Shown piece by piece: positions 25,495 through 37,644 of a stretch of DNA of 64,000 nt. The position numbers were made by a program, and so were the translations under genes. The stretch comes from Lama glama. Its lineage: Eukaryota. Below the pieces are notes generated by a model that was not told where the DNA came from, did no database searches, and was given only the letters and a program-made list of their open reading frames with translations. The stretch is from assembly GCA_028534125.1 (NCBI GenBank), contig CM052816.1:74092001-74156000 (forward strand), in the 5' to 3' direction. Every line of letters starts with the position of its first letter. Position 1 is the stretch's first letter.

Positions 25495-26344
25495 CCAGTG
25501 GGGGTCTTGGTCAGGGATTACATCCCCCCAAGTAAGGTAGATTATGTGTCTCTGGTTGCGAGTAGCCAGTTTATCAGCATATGCCCTGGCTGTAGCGAGG
25601 ATCTGGCTTTTTTCCTCGAAAGTGCAGCAGGTTGAAAGGAGGACCTGTAGGTCCCTCCAGGTAAGCTCATAGACCATTGGTAGCCTGGCAGATTCTTCCA
25701 TGAACCTACTCGGGTCCTTGGAGAAACGTCCAGATTTCTCCTTGCAAGTAGCTAAATCAGCCATAGAAAAGGGGACGTGAACTCTGATTGTTTCCCCATC
25801 ACCGGCTGGCACTTCCCTTAAGGGGCAGACTTTGGTAGTAGGAGGTTGGTAGGTGGCCCCACTTCAAGCAGTACTGGCAGGACTTTCCTCTGGTGAGGGA
25901 GATGCTGGGGAAGACTGTGCCGCCTCGGAGTTGGGGGTAGTAGGAAATTCCGGCTGTAGACCTTGGGCAGCTGGACTCATAAAGGGGTCATCTAGAATAT
26001 CGAGCTCCTGTGGGAGGAGATGCTTAGACAGGATGTGGGCCAGGAACATCTGGCAGGAGTTCCTTAGACTTAGGTTTTGGTATAGGGTCAGGAACATTTG
26101 GACATATGGGATTTCCCCCCATTTATGGCCTCTTTTACAAAATAGGCCTAGCTGCAAGATGGTATTGTAATTTAGTGATCTGCTCATTGGCCAGACCTCT
26201 TTGTCCCCTAGTTTGTATTGCGGCCATGCAGTATTACAAAGAAAAATTTATTAATTTTTTTCAACTATTCTTTTTAAACCTTTTCCAGTTTACTAATATG
26301 CATCCTAAAGGGGAGTCTTTTGGGATACTTGTAGTTGTCCCCAT
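25495..26344 (-). pseudogene. gag: Disrupted ERV gag (MA to N-terminal CA)
   Basis: Starts MGTTTSIPKDSPLGCIL at 26344. Stop/frameshift at ~26240-26263, then CNTAWPQY...LNYNTILQLGLFC...WGEIPYVQ. In-frame TGA at 25864-25866, then PLREV...RVHVPFSMADL...LTWRDLQVLL. Truncated at DPHWN. Confidence 0.92.
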
Positions 26345-26645
26345 TTTGTTTAGGATGTGCTATCCGTGAGCCTGAGGTGGCTCCTTTAGACTAGTTAAGG
26401 AAAGGAGCAAGGGCCAGAGGAAGAAAAGATGACTAGAGTCCCAGGGTCTAAATCCTTTAGAAGGAAGGAGACCTAGGTCCTGAATCAACTAAGCAAATTA
26501 CGTTTTGTTTAAGAGAAACAAATAGTGTCGAAAGGTGGAAATCTAGAACGAAAAGGGAATGCTGTAGCCACAATGCCTCTTAGACCAGAGATCCATAGGC
26601 CCACTAAGGGAGTGTCCGCCTGCGACTCCCACTCAGGGGCACTGT

Positions 26646-26847
26646 AACCTGTGACCCCACTAAGGGACGCGAAAACCTGTGACTTGTGGAGAGCACTCTC
26701 CGGCAACTCTCAGGGGTGCTTGAACCCACGACCCCACCGAGGGGTGTGAAAACCTGCGATCCTACCAAGGGGTGCTAAAACCCGCGACCCCACTGAGGGG
26801 TGCGAAAACCCGCGAACCCGTGAACAGAGCACTCGCTGGTAACTCTC
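26646..26847. repeat. ~28-bp imperfect tandem repeat in the ERV leader
   Basis: Unit AACCCGCGACCCCACTGAGGGGTGCGAA-like at 26646, 26723, 26751 and 26779, with longer variants at 26674 and 26807. Confidence 0.85.
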
Positions 26848-28323
26848 AAAACCCGCTATCAGCAATGGGAGTGCCCGACCGCGACTCCCGCCTATGGATG
26901 CAATGAGGCCGTATGCCCCGAGGTCACTCAGGGAGGGCCAGGCTACAAATTTTTAAAGTGGAACTCCCGCAGTCCCCCAGTTTGGGCTCCCTTTCGCAGT
27001 TCTGGCGTCTCAGAACCAGACCAGCACTGTGTAGAGAGGTGGAATTAGGCTCAAAGAGCCTTGGAGGGGAAGCTCACCCAATCAGGTTGCCAATTACTTG
27101 CCATGTGGGTCTTAATCTGGATGTCTGAATGGTCGCCTTGGTGGATCTTCTCAAGTCCAAAGAGACAGAGAGATAGAGGAGAGAATGAGAAAAAAATCGA
27201 GGGGAGAAAAGCCTTGGGCTTGGTGGGCTCCTTCACGGCTAGAGAGCTGGTCTCTGCCAGATCCTGCAGGCAGCGTCAGCCGCCACCCAAGGGCTACTTG
27301 AATCTGCACCGCGCCGGTAGCCCAATAGGAGGATCGAGATTATGCCCTTTGAGCCGTTTCTTTACGTAAATGCCCCACTTTGGGCGCCAGAGATATGATG
27401 CAGGTAAACAGATGTGGGGTGTGAGGAGGGCCGTGTCCCAGGCTTCAGTTGAGCCCCTGGGACGTGCCCTGCCAAGCGTGGGTCCTTGGCTTCACACAGG
27501 AAAGAATTCAAGAGCGAGCCACAGTTGAGTAAAGGTAGGTTTATTCAGAGGGATACATTGAAAAGCAAGAGAAAGGCCACAAGGTGTGGGGGTTCGGTAC
27601 TCAGATTAAAAGTGAGTACATACTCCATAGACAGAGTGAGGACCATCTTTGAAGAGGGAGAGAGAGGGGCCGCCCCCGAGGTGCTGTGTTGCTGGTTTTT
27701 ATGGGCTTGGTGGCTTCATATGCTAATAAGTAGAAGACCAGTCTAAGGGGAAGGGGCTGGGATTCCCGGGACGTTGGCCATTTCCCACCCTTTGAGCTTT
27801 TGTGGCTAGCCTTGGGACTGCTCTAGTGCCTGTGGGCGTGTTGCTCACCATGTTAACATATTACAATGGGCGTATAATGAAGCTCAAGATCTATTAAAAG
27901 TTAAATCTCTCATCATCCTGAGCCTCAAGCCTACTGGGGGGTTGAATCTTTCACCATTTTGATGTTAGTTGCTGTGGCATTCCTTGAGTGGCTGTGCACT
28001 GCCCCCTTCCGGTCTCATAAGGACCAGGTATCTAGGAGAGCAGCTTCATAAAGAAATTCCACTTTGCAGGCTATCACATGTGCTCTTAAAAACATTATTA
28101 TATCACCAGTACTGTTACTGCAGTATGCCTAGATCACCCAAGGTCACCCTCTCCGGTTTTTTAGATAATACTTTTATTAAAGTAATACAAGTGTGCAGTA
28201 AGCAAAACAAGATAAATAAAAAGCACAGCAGAATTAATCGTGGAAACAACATCCTCCCACTCTAGCCTCCCTCTTCCCAGACCTGTTCCTTGAGCTGCTT
28301 CTTTGAGGCAACCTCTTTTAATC

Positions 28324-28435
28324 TTATTTGGAAGGGGAGGTAATTACTTATTTAAATAAATGGAGGTACTGGGGATTGAACCCAGGACCTTCTGCATGCT
28401 AAGCACACATTCTACCACTAAGCTATACTCTCCCC
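28324..28435 (-). mobile_element. Vic-1-like SINE
   Basis: ggaggtactggggattgaacccaggacc...gctatactctcccc. Confidence 0.85.
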
Positions 28436-28587
28436 AAGTCCATTAACTCTGTAATTTCTGTCTCCTCTTCCTCCTTTTCTTTTCCTCCTATCCTTCCGTC
28501 TTCCATCTTGTGTCACACCAGCTATATTTTTACATTTACGTTACTATAATTCTATACGATAATAACCATCATCCTTCATGCATAAGG

Positions 28588-28790
28588 CAGGGATTCTCAA
28601 CTGTGGCACTGCTGACATCTGGGGCTGGGTAAGTCTTGACTGTGGGGGCTCACCTCTGCGTTACAGGTGGATTAGCATTATCTCTGGCCTCTGTCCTCTA
28701 GATGACGTTCAGAGTAGCTCCAGATAGTCCACATATCTCCTGGGAGAGGGGAGTAAAATTACTCCCAACCTCAGTTGAATCAAAGGTAGA
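28588..28790. mobile_element. MER20-like hAT fossil
   Basis: cagggattctcaac...ggcactgctgacat...tctggcctctgtcctctagatg. Confidence 0.7.
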
Positions 28791-28809
28791 TTCAAAAGTT
28801 GAAAACTAA

Positions 28810-29417
28810 TGTTGCTGGAAAATTTCTAAAATGACCCCCAAATTCCCTGCCCTGGTATACACACACCTTATCCCAAACACAAATCTAGGGGTTGCAGCAA
28901 AAATTTTTAGTGATGAAATTAAGGTCACAAATCAATTGATCTCTGGATAGGGAGAGTATCTGGGTGGGAATGACTTCACCACAGATCCCTGTAATTCTGG
29001 GTCTAGAGGTCAGAGACAGAGTAGTCAGAGAGATTCAAAACAGGAGAAGGATTCAAGATGCCATGGCTGGCTTTGTATATAAGAAGGGCCAAGTCCCACG
29101 GAATGTGGGTGGCCTGTAGTTGTTGAGACGGGCCCCCAGCTGACAGACAGCAAGGAAACAGGGACCACAGCCCCACAACTACGAGGAACTGCATTTGGCC
29201 AGAACAAGAATGAGCTTGCAGTGGATTTTCCCACGGAGCCTCCAGAGGGAATGCAGTCTCACCAATACCTTGATTTCAGCCTTCTGAGATCGTAAGCAGA
29301 GAACCCTGTCATGCCACATCTGGATTTCTGACTTACAGACTGTGAGGTAAGAAACGGGTGTTGTTTTAAGTGATTAGGTTTATGGTTCTTTGTTATGCAG
29401 CAATAGAAAATTTACAC
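28810..29417. mobile_element. MLT1-family LTR
   Basis: ggcccccagctgacagacagcaaggaaacagggacc...ttgttatgcagcaatagaaaa. Confidence 0.75.
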
Positions 29418-30504
29418 AATCAGTAAACAATGCTTTCACCATCCTGACTATGTAAGCATGGGTCTCTGCTGGGCCAACTAGTGTGCTAGAGTTTAATCCC
29501 CTTCTCTAACAATGAACTGTGTGAAATTCACCTTTCAGGCAACTTGAGCCTGATGAAACATGACTACTTCCTACATTATTTGTGTGGTTTAGATATTTTA
29601 CTTCTTTCCTAGGTGTGGCCAGGCCTCCCTGTGACCTATATATTTTTCTATTATCCATGAACAAACAGAACTATGACTTAAGTTTCACAATGTATATAAC
29701 TGATTTGATGCTCTTTTGACAACTGTAGCAATTTTCTTCTTTTTTTTTTTTTTTAGTGGTTACAAAATCATGCTTTCCCTGTGGTAAACTTAAGAGACCT
29801 CCAGGTTCGTCCCATCCTACCCACTATGCTGGGGTGATGCTTTTCCTTAAAATTCACTGCCAGAGAATTCGACCAATTGGCATATTGTAGTCTCTCCATC
29901 TTGTTACCATTCTACCCCTAAAAAATCTCCTTCATCCAGGGTTTAGCATATAGTAGGCACTCAATAAATAATTACTGTTAAAACATATGTAGGCAACTGG
30001 TCCCTCATTTGGCCAATTAGGGTGAAAATAAGACACCACAGGAGAATTGCGTACTTCTGGAACTGGTGCAGGAAAACAGAGGTGGGGTGTGAGGAGGGCC
30101 GTGTCCCAGGTCTCAGTTGAGCCCCTGGGACATGCCCAGCCAGGTGTGGGTCCCTGGCTTCACACAGGAAAGAATTCAAGTGCAAGCCACAGTTGAGTAA
30201 AGGTCAATTTATTTAGAGAGATACATACTGCATAGAGTATAAGGAAAGAGAAAGGCAAGGAAAGAGGTGGGAATTGGGTGCTCAGATTAAAGTAAAAGTA
30301 GGTACACACTCCATAGACAGAGTGTGGGCCATCTCCAAAGAGGAGGGAGCGAAAAAGGGTGGCTAGACGTGGTGTTACCAGTTTTTCTGGGCTCAGTAGC
30401 TCCACATGCCCACAAGTGGGACCATTCCAACTGCCCTGGCGAAGGGGCTGAGATTACCAGGAATTGAGCCACCACCCATTCGTTGGCCTTTTGTGGTTAG
30501 CCTT

Positions 30505-31331
30505 TGCGGGGGGCCACTCATGACCTGAGGGCTGCCGAGCACAGAAACTGGGCCTAAACTCCCAGAGTGCGGGGCGTCAGGCTCTAAGGCTGACTGAGCA
30601 AAGACAATCTCTGTCCCGCCACCCCTTTGTTAGAAAAACAGCAGGTGCATTTGGAGTCGGAAAAACATCTTGATGCCATTGAGTTATTAAGAACAGGGGC
30701 TTCNNNNNNNNNNNNNNNNNNNNNNNNNNNNNNNNNNNNNNNNNNNNNNNNNNNNNNNNNNNNNNNNNNNNNNNNNNNNNNNNNNNNNNNNNNNNNNNNN
30801 NNNNNNNNNNNNNNNNNNNNNNNNNNNNNNNNNNNNNNNNNNNNNNNNNNNNNNNNNNNNNNNNNNNNNNNNNNNNNNNNNNNNNNNNNNNNNNNNNNNN
30901 NNNNNNNNNNNNNNNNNNNNNNNNNNNNNNNNNNNNNNNNNNNNNNNNNNNNNNNNNNNNNNNNNNNNNNNNNNNNNNNNNNNNNNNNNNNNNNNNNNNN
31001 NNNNNNNNNNNNNNNNNNNNNNNNNNNNNNNNNNNNNNNNNNNNNNNNNNNNNNNNNNNNNNNNNNNNNNNNNNNNNNNNNNNNNNNNNNNNNNNNNNNN
31101 NNNNNNNNNNNNNNNNNNNNNNNNNNNNNNNNNNNNNNNNNNNNNNNNNNNNNNNNNNNNNNNNNNNNNNNNNNNNNNNNNNNNNNNNNNNNNNNNNNNN
31201 NNNGTCTTGCGGGCTAGAGTGAGACCCTCTCCCCCAGCTTTTAGTCTTGTCTTCCTTTTAGTCTTGTCTTTCTTTTCTCAGTCCTGCAGCACAGATTTCT
31301 GGACCTGATCGATTGTCGGCTGGCTCCGACA
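30505..31331 (+). mobile_element. Nested LTR element, probably class II/betaretroviral, spanning an assembly gap
   Basis: Starts TGCGGGGGG, ends GGCTGGCTCCGACA. Perfect 6-bp TSD AGCCTT at 30499-30504 and 31332-31337. Class and strand are inferred. Confidence 0.8.
30704..31203. other. Assembly gap (500 N)
   Basis: Run of exactly 500 N. The round number suggests a placeholder of unknown true size. Confidence 0.99.
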
Positions 31332-31703
31332 AGCCTTGGGGCTATCGTGGCGCCTGCAGGCATGTTATTTATCATGCTGTTACAATGAGCATATGATGAA
31401 GCTCAAGATCTACCTAGAAGTCAAACCTCTTAATCCTCAAGATCAGTTAGGAGTTGAATCTTCCACCATTTTGGTGAATCTTCCACCATTTTGGTGTTAA
31501 ATTGCTGTCATTCCTTGAGTGGCTGTGCCCTGCCCCCCTCCCCCCTGTCTCAGAGTGACCGGTCTCTACTGAAGAGTGAGAGCGATACTAAGGGTTAAAT
31601 TCTTTGGGGTCCTGGTCTGGGAGAGTACATTGACTAAACCCAGTGTGCCTGGGCACCACTGTTCAAAAGCTTCATATATATATATATATATAAAGTATAT
31701 GTA

Positions 31704-31947
31704 TTTTTTAAATTGAAGTATAGTCAATTTACAATGTTGTGTCAATTTCTGGTGTATAGCACAAGGCTTCAGTTATACATGAACATACATATATTCATGT
31801 ATTCATATTCTTTTTCACCATAAGTTACTATAAGATATTGAGCATAGTTCCCTGTGCTGTACAGTATACACTTGTTGTTTATCTATTTTATGTATAGTAG
31901 TTAGTATCTGCAAATCTCAAACTCCCAGTTTATCCCTTCTCGCCCCC
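31704..31947 (-). mobile_element. L1 3' end with adjacent (TA)n at 31674-31692
   Basis: ttgaagtatagtcaatttacaatgttgtgtcaatttctggtgta...tctcaaactcccagtttatccc is the reverse complement of an L1 3' terminus. Confidence 0.88.
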
Positions 31948-32309
31948 AATCTTCTCTGAATCTCAGAATTTTTGTGTTTTACTTCTTCCTTACAGCTCTA
32001 ATACCAGCCTGTCCATAAAATGGGCTTTATTATTTCTATTTCTGTGTATCTTTCTCCCGGGGGATAGTGATCTGTTACCAGTGAATTGAAACAAAGAAGA
32101 AAGAGCCTTCTTTACAGAGGAGGTAGGGCAGAAGAAAGAGCTTCCAACAGACTGACTTTGCTAAACCCAGACCACAGTAAAGGTAAATTGTACAATCTGG
32201 GAGAAAAATCTAGGTTTAAGAAGAAGTAGGGTCATAGGGGTCTTGGGGATTATAAAGGGTGAAGGAAAGAGATGACTCCTTATTTGATTCTCAACTTACA
32301 GAGCCACTC

Positions 32310-33500
32310 TGGATCCACCAAAATGGCTCAAATGAAAAAGACGAAGATACCAAATGTTGCTGAGGATATGGAGTAACTGGGACTCTAATGTGTGCTGGTA
32401 CAGGTGTAAATTAATAACAGTCACTTTGGAAAACTGTCTAGTGGTACCTACTAAAGCCAGACACCTAACCTGTGACCCAGAAATTCCACACTTAAGCAAT
32501 ATCCAGTCTAGGGAACTATGTTCACCAAAACACATGTATAAGAATGTTCATAGCTCCCCCCAAATGGGAACTACCTAAATGTCCATTAGCAGTAAAATGG
32601 ATATATTTAAAATGATATATTCATAAAATGAAATACTGTCTATCAGTGAGAAATGACCGTCTATAACTCATGTGTCAGTATTGGATGTATCTCAAGTATA
32701 TTGATCAGACACAAAGGAGTCAGTATTATCTACCTATTGGTAGGTAACAAATTACTCTTAAACTTAGTGCTTAAAACAACAAACATTATTATCTCATGGT
32801 TTTCATGGAAGAGGAATCTGGGAGCGACTTAGCTGGATGATTCTGGCTCAGGGTCTCTCATAAGGCTGCAGAAAGTTGGCATGGGCTGCGGGTATTTGAT
32901 GGCTTGACAGGCGGACCCCCTTCTAAGGTGGTTCACTCACCTCGCTGTTGGCAGGAGTCCTTAGTTCCTTGCCATGTGAGTTTCTACATGAGCTGCCTGA
33001 GGCTCCCTGTGGCAAAGCATCTGGCTTCTCCAAGATGAAGTGATCCAGGAGAGAGAACAAGGAGGAAGCTTGGGTACTTTTATGACCTAGTCTTGGGAGT
33101 GAAATGCCATCACTTCTAATGTATTCTACAGGTCACACGGACTAGTTCTGATATGCTGTGGAAGGGGACTACACAATGATACAAATACAGAAGTCAAGGA
33201 TCACTGGGGATCATTCTTAAGGCTGGAATATCCATTCTGTATGATTTTATAAATATAAAGTACAAAACAGGCAAAACTCATTTATGTCGCTAGTAATGAG
33301 GAAAGATGATGACTCTGGGGAGAGGACAGTGACAGGAAGGAGGGGAGGGAGGGGCTTTGGGGGTGCCAGCAATGTCTTGTTTCTTGATATAGGTGTAATT
33401 ATATGGCTTTGTTCACTTTGTGAAAATTCACTGAGCAGTAGCTTATAATATGTTCCTCTTCTGTGTGTATATTAAGCTTTGGCAAGATAAATATAATAAG
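32310..33500 (+). mobile_element. Old L1M 3' region interrupted by an MLT1 LTR (~32722-33230)
   Basis: L1 motifs cactttggaaaactg, aaatgtccattagcagtaaaatggat, aaacaggcaaaact. MLT motifs cttaaaacaacaaac, ttctggctcagggtctctca. Confidence 0.7.
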
Positions 33501-33633
33501 AAAAAGGAGGAGGAAAGAAAGAAAAAAGGGAGAAAGAAATATAAAGAGAGGAGGAGAAAGAGAGGGAGCAAAGGAGGTAAGGAGGGAGGGAGAGAGGGAG
33601 AGAGAAGAGAAGAGGAAAAGAAGAGAAAAAAAA
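33497..33633 (+). repeat. Purine-rich low-complexity tract
   Basis: Nearly pure A/G run. It generates several spurious ORFs in the track. Confidence 0.9.
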
Positions 33634-34499
33634 GCAGAACTCTGAAAGACACCCATAGCGCATAGGATTCATGTACTGTGCATGAAAAATCAGGCCATTT
33701 AAGGGAGGTACTTGGGCTGGCCCAGTGGCCCAGGGCAACAACTGAAAAATCCTCAACTATTTGATTGCTGTAGAACATGACCCATGGGCAGCAGTTTTCT
33801 TCTTACAAACCCAGGTGCCATAACTTCTTACTAAAGACAGCTGAAGATATTTAGAAGCAGGAGGAGTGAAATTCAAATGTCTTCAGTATTGTTCCATCCT
33901 CTGGGTATATCACACCAATAACCAAGAGACAAAAGACTGTCAGCCAGCACTGATACAGGACACCACATCTTAGTCTCTTTGGCTTCTACTGCTGTCTTCG
34001 TGTGTGGCAGCTAATCTAATTTCCTAGCTGGTGCTGAACATGCCATGACTTCTAACACTGAAGGACAAGTCTTAGCCAATATGAGGCTAATGATTTTGCA
34101 TACTGGAGCTTCTTTGTCATTTTACCTTTTGGCATTCCCTCCTCTAACATGCTCTCCTTGAAGTATCCAAGCAGCGCTATCCTGAGTTGTCAATCAAGCA
34201 ATTCATTTAGAACAGACTTCCTAATCTGGGGTGCATGGGGTCCTAGACGCTCTGGAGAGACTGAGGAAGTCCTTGCGGTTTTAGACAAAATTTTCATGTA
34301 TATGTGAACTCTTACATTGAGTGGACGCATGTGTCCATTGCAGGGGAATGGCTCAGCCGCGGCACCCAGGTGACCTCGCACAGAGCCACCCAGGCCAGGC
34401 AGGCAGAGGTTTGAATCATAGCTCATGTGAGTGTTGGCAGAGTGCCTTGGGATCCTCCTCTCACTGGCCCTCCTCTCTCTTTGTTCTTGGCTTACTCGC

Positions 34500-36822
34500 T
34501 GTATTATTTTTTTAGGGCTACCTTAACAAAGTACCACAAGCCAGGTGGCTTAAACAATAGAAATTTATTATCTCACAGATCTGGAGGCTAGAAATCGAGG
34601 TGTTGGCAGCCTTGGTTCCTTCTGAGGGCTGTAAGGGAGAATCTGTTCCATGTCTTTCCCCTGGCTTCTGGTGGTTTCCTGGCAATTGGCGTTCCTTGAC
34701 CTGTAGAAACACCAGCGTGATCCTTGCCTTCTTCTTCACCTGGTATTCTTTCTGTGTGCATATATCTGTCTTCAAATTGCCCCCTTTTATGAAGACACCA
34801 GTCCATATTAGATTAGGGCCTACCCTCTTGAGTTCATGTTAATTAATTAGATCTGTGATGACACTGTTTAGAAATAAGGTCAATCTGACACACTGGGGCA
34901 CACAACTGAACCCTTAACACTTGCTTTGATGATGGAAGCTGCCACGTGGGAAAGGCCCCCGTGGCAAGGAACTGAGGGTGACCTCCGGCCAATAGCCATT
35001 GAGTGTCTGAGTCCAGTGGCCTGTGAAGAACTGAATCCAGCCAACAACCATGGGCCTGGAAGTAGATCCTTCCCCATTTGAGACTTGAGATGAATACAGC
35101 CCTGACCAACACCTTGATGACAGTTTGTGTCTAGGCCGACATCTTGGTTGAGTCTTTCGAGAGAGTCTGAAGCACAGAACTGAGCTAAGCTGTACCTGGA
35201 TTACTGACCCACAGATATTACAAAATAATAAAGGTGTGTTGTTTTAAGCCATAAGCTTTGAGGCAGTTGGTTATGCAGCAATAGATAATGAATATAAAGA
35301 GATGAAGTAATGAAAGAAAAGCAAAAATGGCGACAAGTTCTACAATTAAAGAACACACACACATTGAGGATTAGGAACCAGATGAGATAGTTTCTGTTAA
35401 ATATATTAATAGCATGTAAGGCCAGAAGTCAGTCTAGAGATATAAAGGGACAAGAAGGCTTAACTTCAAACACAGATAATTCAAAGGCTGGTGGAAACCT
35501 GACTGACAGGGTATCTGAAGTCAAGTGGAGTCAGGATGAGAGGAATGTTCAGGTTTGAAAGATTAATGTTATCTTAAGATACCAGAAAAAACCCTGAGGC
35601 ATGAGAGGAATTGTTTCTTATTTAATAATTTTGAGAAGATCCCATTTCTGACTATATTCATAAAAACTAAATATTTGAATCAAATATCCTTCATTGTCAT
35701 TGACACGGTGCCATGTCTCTGAACACAAAAAACCAGATGGTGAGCTGACTTTTTTCAGTCAGACTCAGCCTAAACTCTACTAAAGAAGTGGTAAGCGTTG
35801 CAGTTCCCTGAGGCAGTTCAAAGCCCAGACCAGACAGGAGAAAATGTTAAAAAAAAAAACACACACACATACCAGGAAGCCAATGTTCTAATGGGGAGGA
35901 GGATAATAATTAGTAGGTGCAATAATAACAATAATTAGTATAGGAACTAATTTGAGTAGCAAGAGACCTGGTTTAAATTAGAGGAAAACTTCTAGACAAG
36001 ATCATTTTTTGTTAAGCCACATCATGCCCTGAGAACAGTTCACTGAGTTTTGCCTTTGAATGGTTGTATTTAGTTGTAATGAGTATGCCCATCCAAACTA
36101 CAAATACCTTTCATCCAAATAAAACGTTCCCCTTAGCTAAGAGTTACACTGAATGCTGCCTCAGGCAGCCTCCTCCAGTAAATAGGCTGTTTACTAATCA
36201 CTGTTTGTTTTACTTGGGACTCTGGTCCACATTCTGAAACAAAAAGTAGTCCAATCCAGACAGAAGTTTTTTTCTCTCTTCTGACACAGCACCCTGAGTG
36301 TAAACAGTCCAGGGCTGAAATGCTGGGGCCGTCTGCCATGTTTCTCTGCTGCCCCTCGTCCACACGGGCAAATACGGCTCACCACTGTGAGCCACCTGGG
36401 CCACACCCCAGGCTGCAGTAAAAAGCGCATTCATTTGCTAGGGCTGTCATAACAAAACACTACCAACCGGGTGACTTATAAAAAATAAGAATTTATTTTC
36501 TCACTGTTCTGGAGGCTAGAAGTCCACAATCCAGGTGTTGGCTGGGGTCTGTGGTCTGTGAGGAAAGGATCTGCTCCAGGTTCTCTCCTTGGCTTGGAGA
36601 TGGCCAAGTTCTCCCTGTGTCTCTTCACGTCATCTTTTCCCTACATGTGCCTGTTTTTGTGTCCGAATTTCCCCATACTGCATTAGGGCCGACTCCAATG
36701 GCCCCATCTTAACAAATTACATCTACAACTACCCTATTTCTAAATAAGGTCATATTCTAGGGTACTGGGAGGTTAGGACTTCACTATAAAAATTTGGGGT
36801 GGGGACACACAATTCAACCACA
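34500..36822. mobile_element. Cluster of MLT1 LTRs (~34500-34920, 34927-35295, 36055-36425, 36430-36822)
   Basis: Repeated MaLR motifs (tttattatctcacag..ctggaggctagaa, ttgttttaagcc, taaataaggtcatattct). Boundaries approximate. Confidence 0.7.
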
Positions 36823-37602
36823 AGAAGGAGGAGGAGTGGGGTGGGAATGAGGGAGGAAATCCTCTTTTAAGTGCATGACCTAGAGGTTGCATATAACCTC
36901 CCCTCACACCTGTTGGCCACATGACCACTCAACTTCAAGAGAAACAAAGTACAGTTCTTAGCTGGTGGTCACATGACCAGCTAAAACTATATTTTGTTAT
37001 TAGAGGAAGAATGGAAGAATGGATATCAGGGCAACCAGCAGCTTTAGACACATTACAGTTTGCAGAAGTTTTAGGAAGCAGAGAGCTAACTTCTTCTGTG
37101 AAACTGCACTGGTCATTACTCTTTCATTTTGAATACTACCTATCATACCAGAAATGCTGTTTTTAGTCCTCACAATAACTGTGAAAAGCTGATGTTTTTA
37201 CCCCACATATTTCAAGAGGGGAAATCCAGGCTCAGAGAGATTAAGCGACTTGTCCAAAGCTGAACCGATTAAATGGTGCTAAAGCCTGACGCATTTCACT
37301 GCACCCACCGTATCTGAACAATGGCGAGCACCTCTCAGCAGACCTTTCTTACTGGTAACTACTTAACTTTCAGCTCACTTCATCCTCAGTTCTGGTTGGT
37401 CAGTTGAAGATTTGTATGAGAGATCATCAGAAATGCCCATTTCTAGACTTCAAGGGTTAGCAAAGTGATAGGCAACCAAAATTTCATATATAAAACACAC
37501 AATGGCATAAATATAGAAAATATTTTGTATTTATATATAACACCCCACACAATACTTCCCCATCCCCACTGCCAAGGCATCAGTTTGCTCTGTGTTGCTC
37601 TA

Positions 37603-37634
<32 letters not shown>

Positions 37635-37644
37635 AAATATCTTG

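Larger units (their letters stand above)
25440..28017 (-). mobile_element. Deleted class I (gamma-like) ERV: 5' LTR 27396-28017, PBS 27372-27389, leader, partial gag, 55-bp LTR end at 25440-25494
   Basis: LTR TG...CA with minus-strand AATAAA 27540-27545. PBS TGGCGCCCAAAGTGGGGC is a 17/18 match to the tRNA-Lys1,2 PBS. Same-orientation LTR end at 25440. No pol or env. Confidence 0.92.
30064..31552 (-). mobile_element. Class I LTR of the same family as 27396-28017, split by a nested insertion (host parts 30064-30504 and 31332-31552)
   Basis: Clear colinear similarity to 27396-28017 on both sides of the insert. TG...CA termini. Contains a 20-bp tandem duplication at 31455-31494. Confidence 0.9.

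Noticed and set aside
26646..26847. CRISPR-like ~28-bp palindromic repeats
   Set aside because: Units are tandem without unique spacers, lie in a retroviral leader of a mammalian genome, and no cas genes are present.
30627..31217. 196-aa ORF
   Set aside because: Artefact of translating through the N gap.
25273..31947. Two L1 pieces (25273-25439 +, 31704-31947 -) that are nearly consecutive in the L1 3'UTR, suggesting a 6.5-kb inversion
   Set aside because: An inversion predicts the rest of the MLT1 and a TSD beyond the poly(A) near 31670. Neither is there, so independent insertions are more likely.
33399..33778. Hydrophobic F/L/S-rich and charged R/K/E-rich ORFs
   Set aside because: Translations of the purine-rich low-complexity tract.
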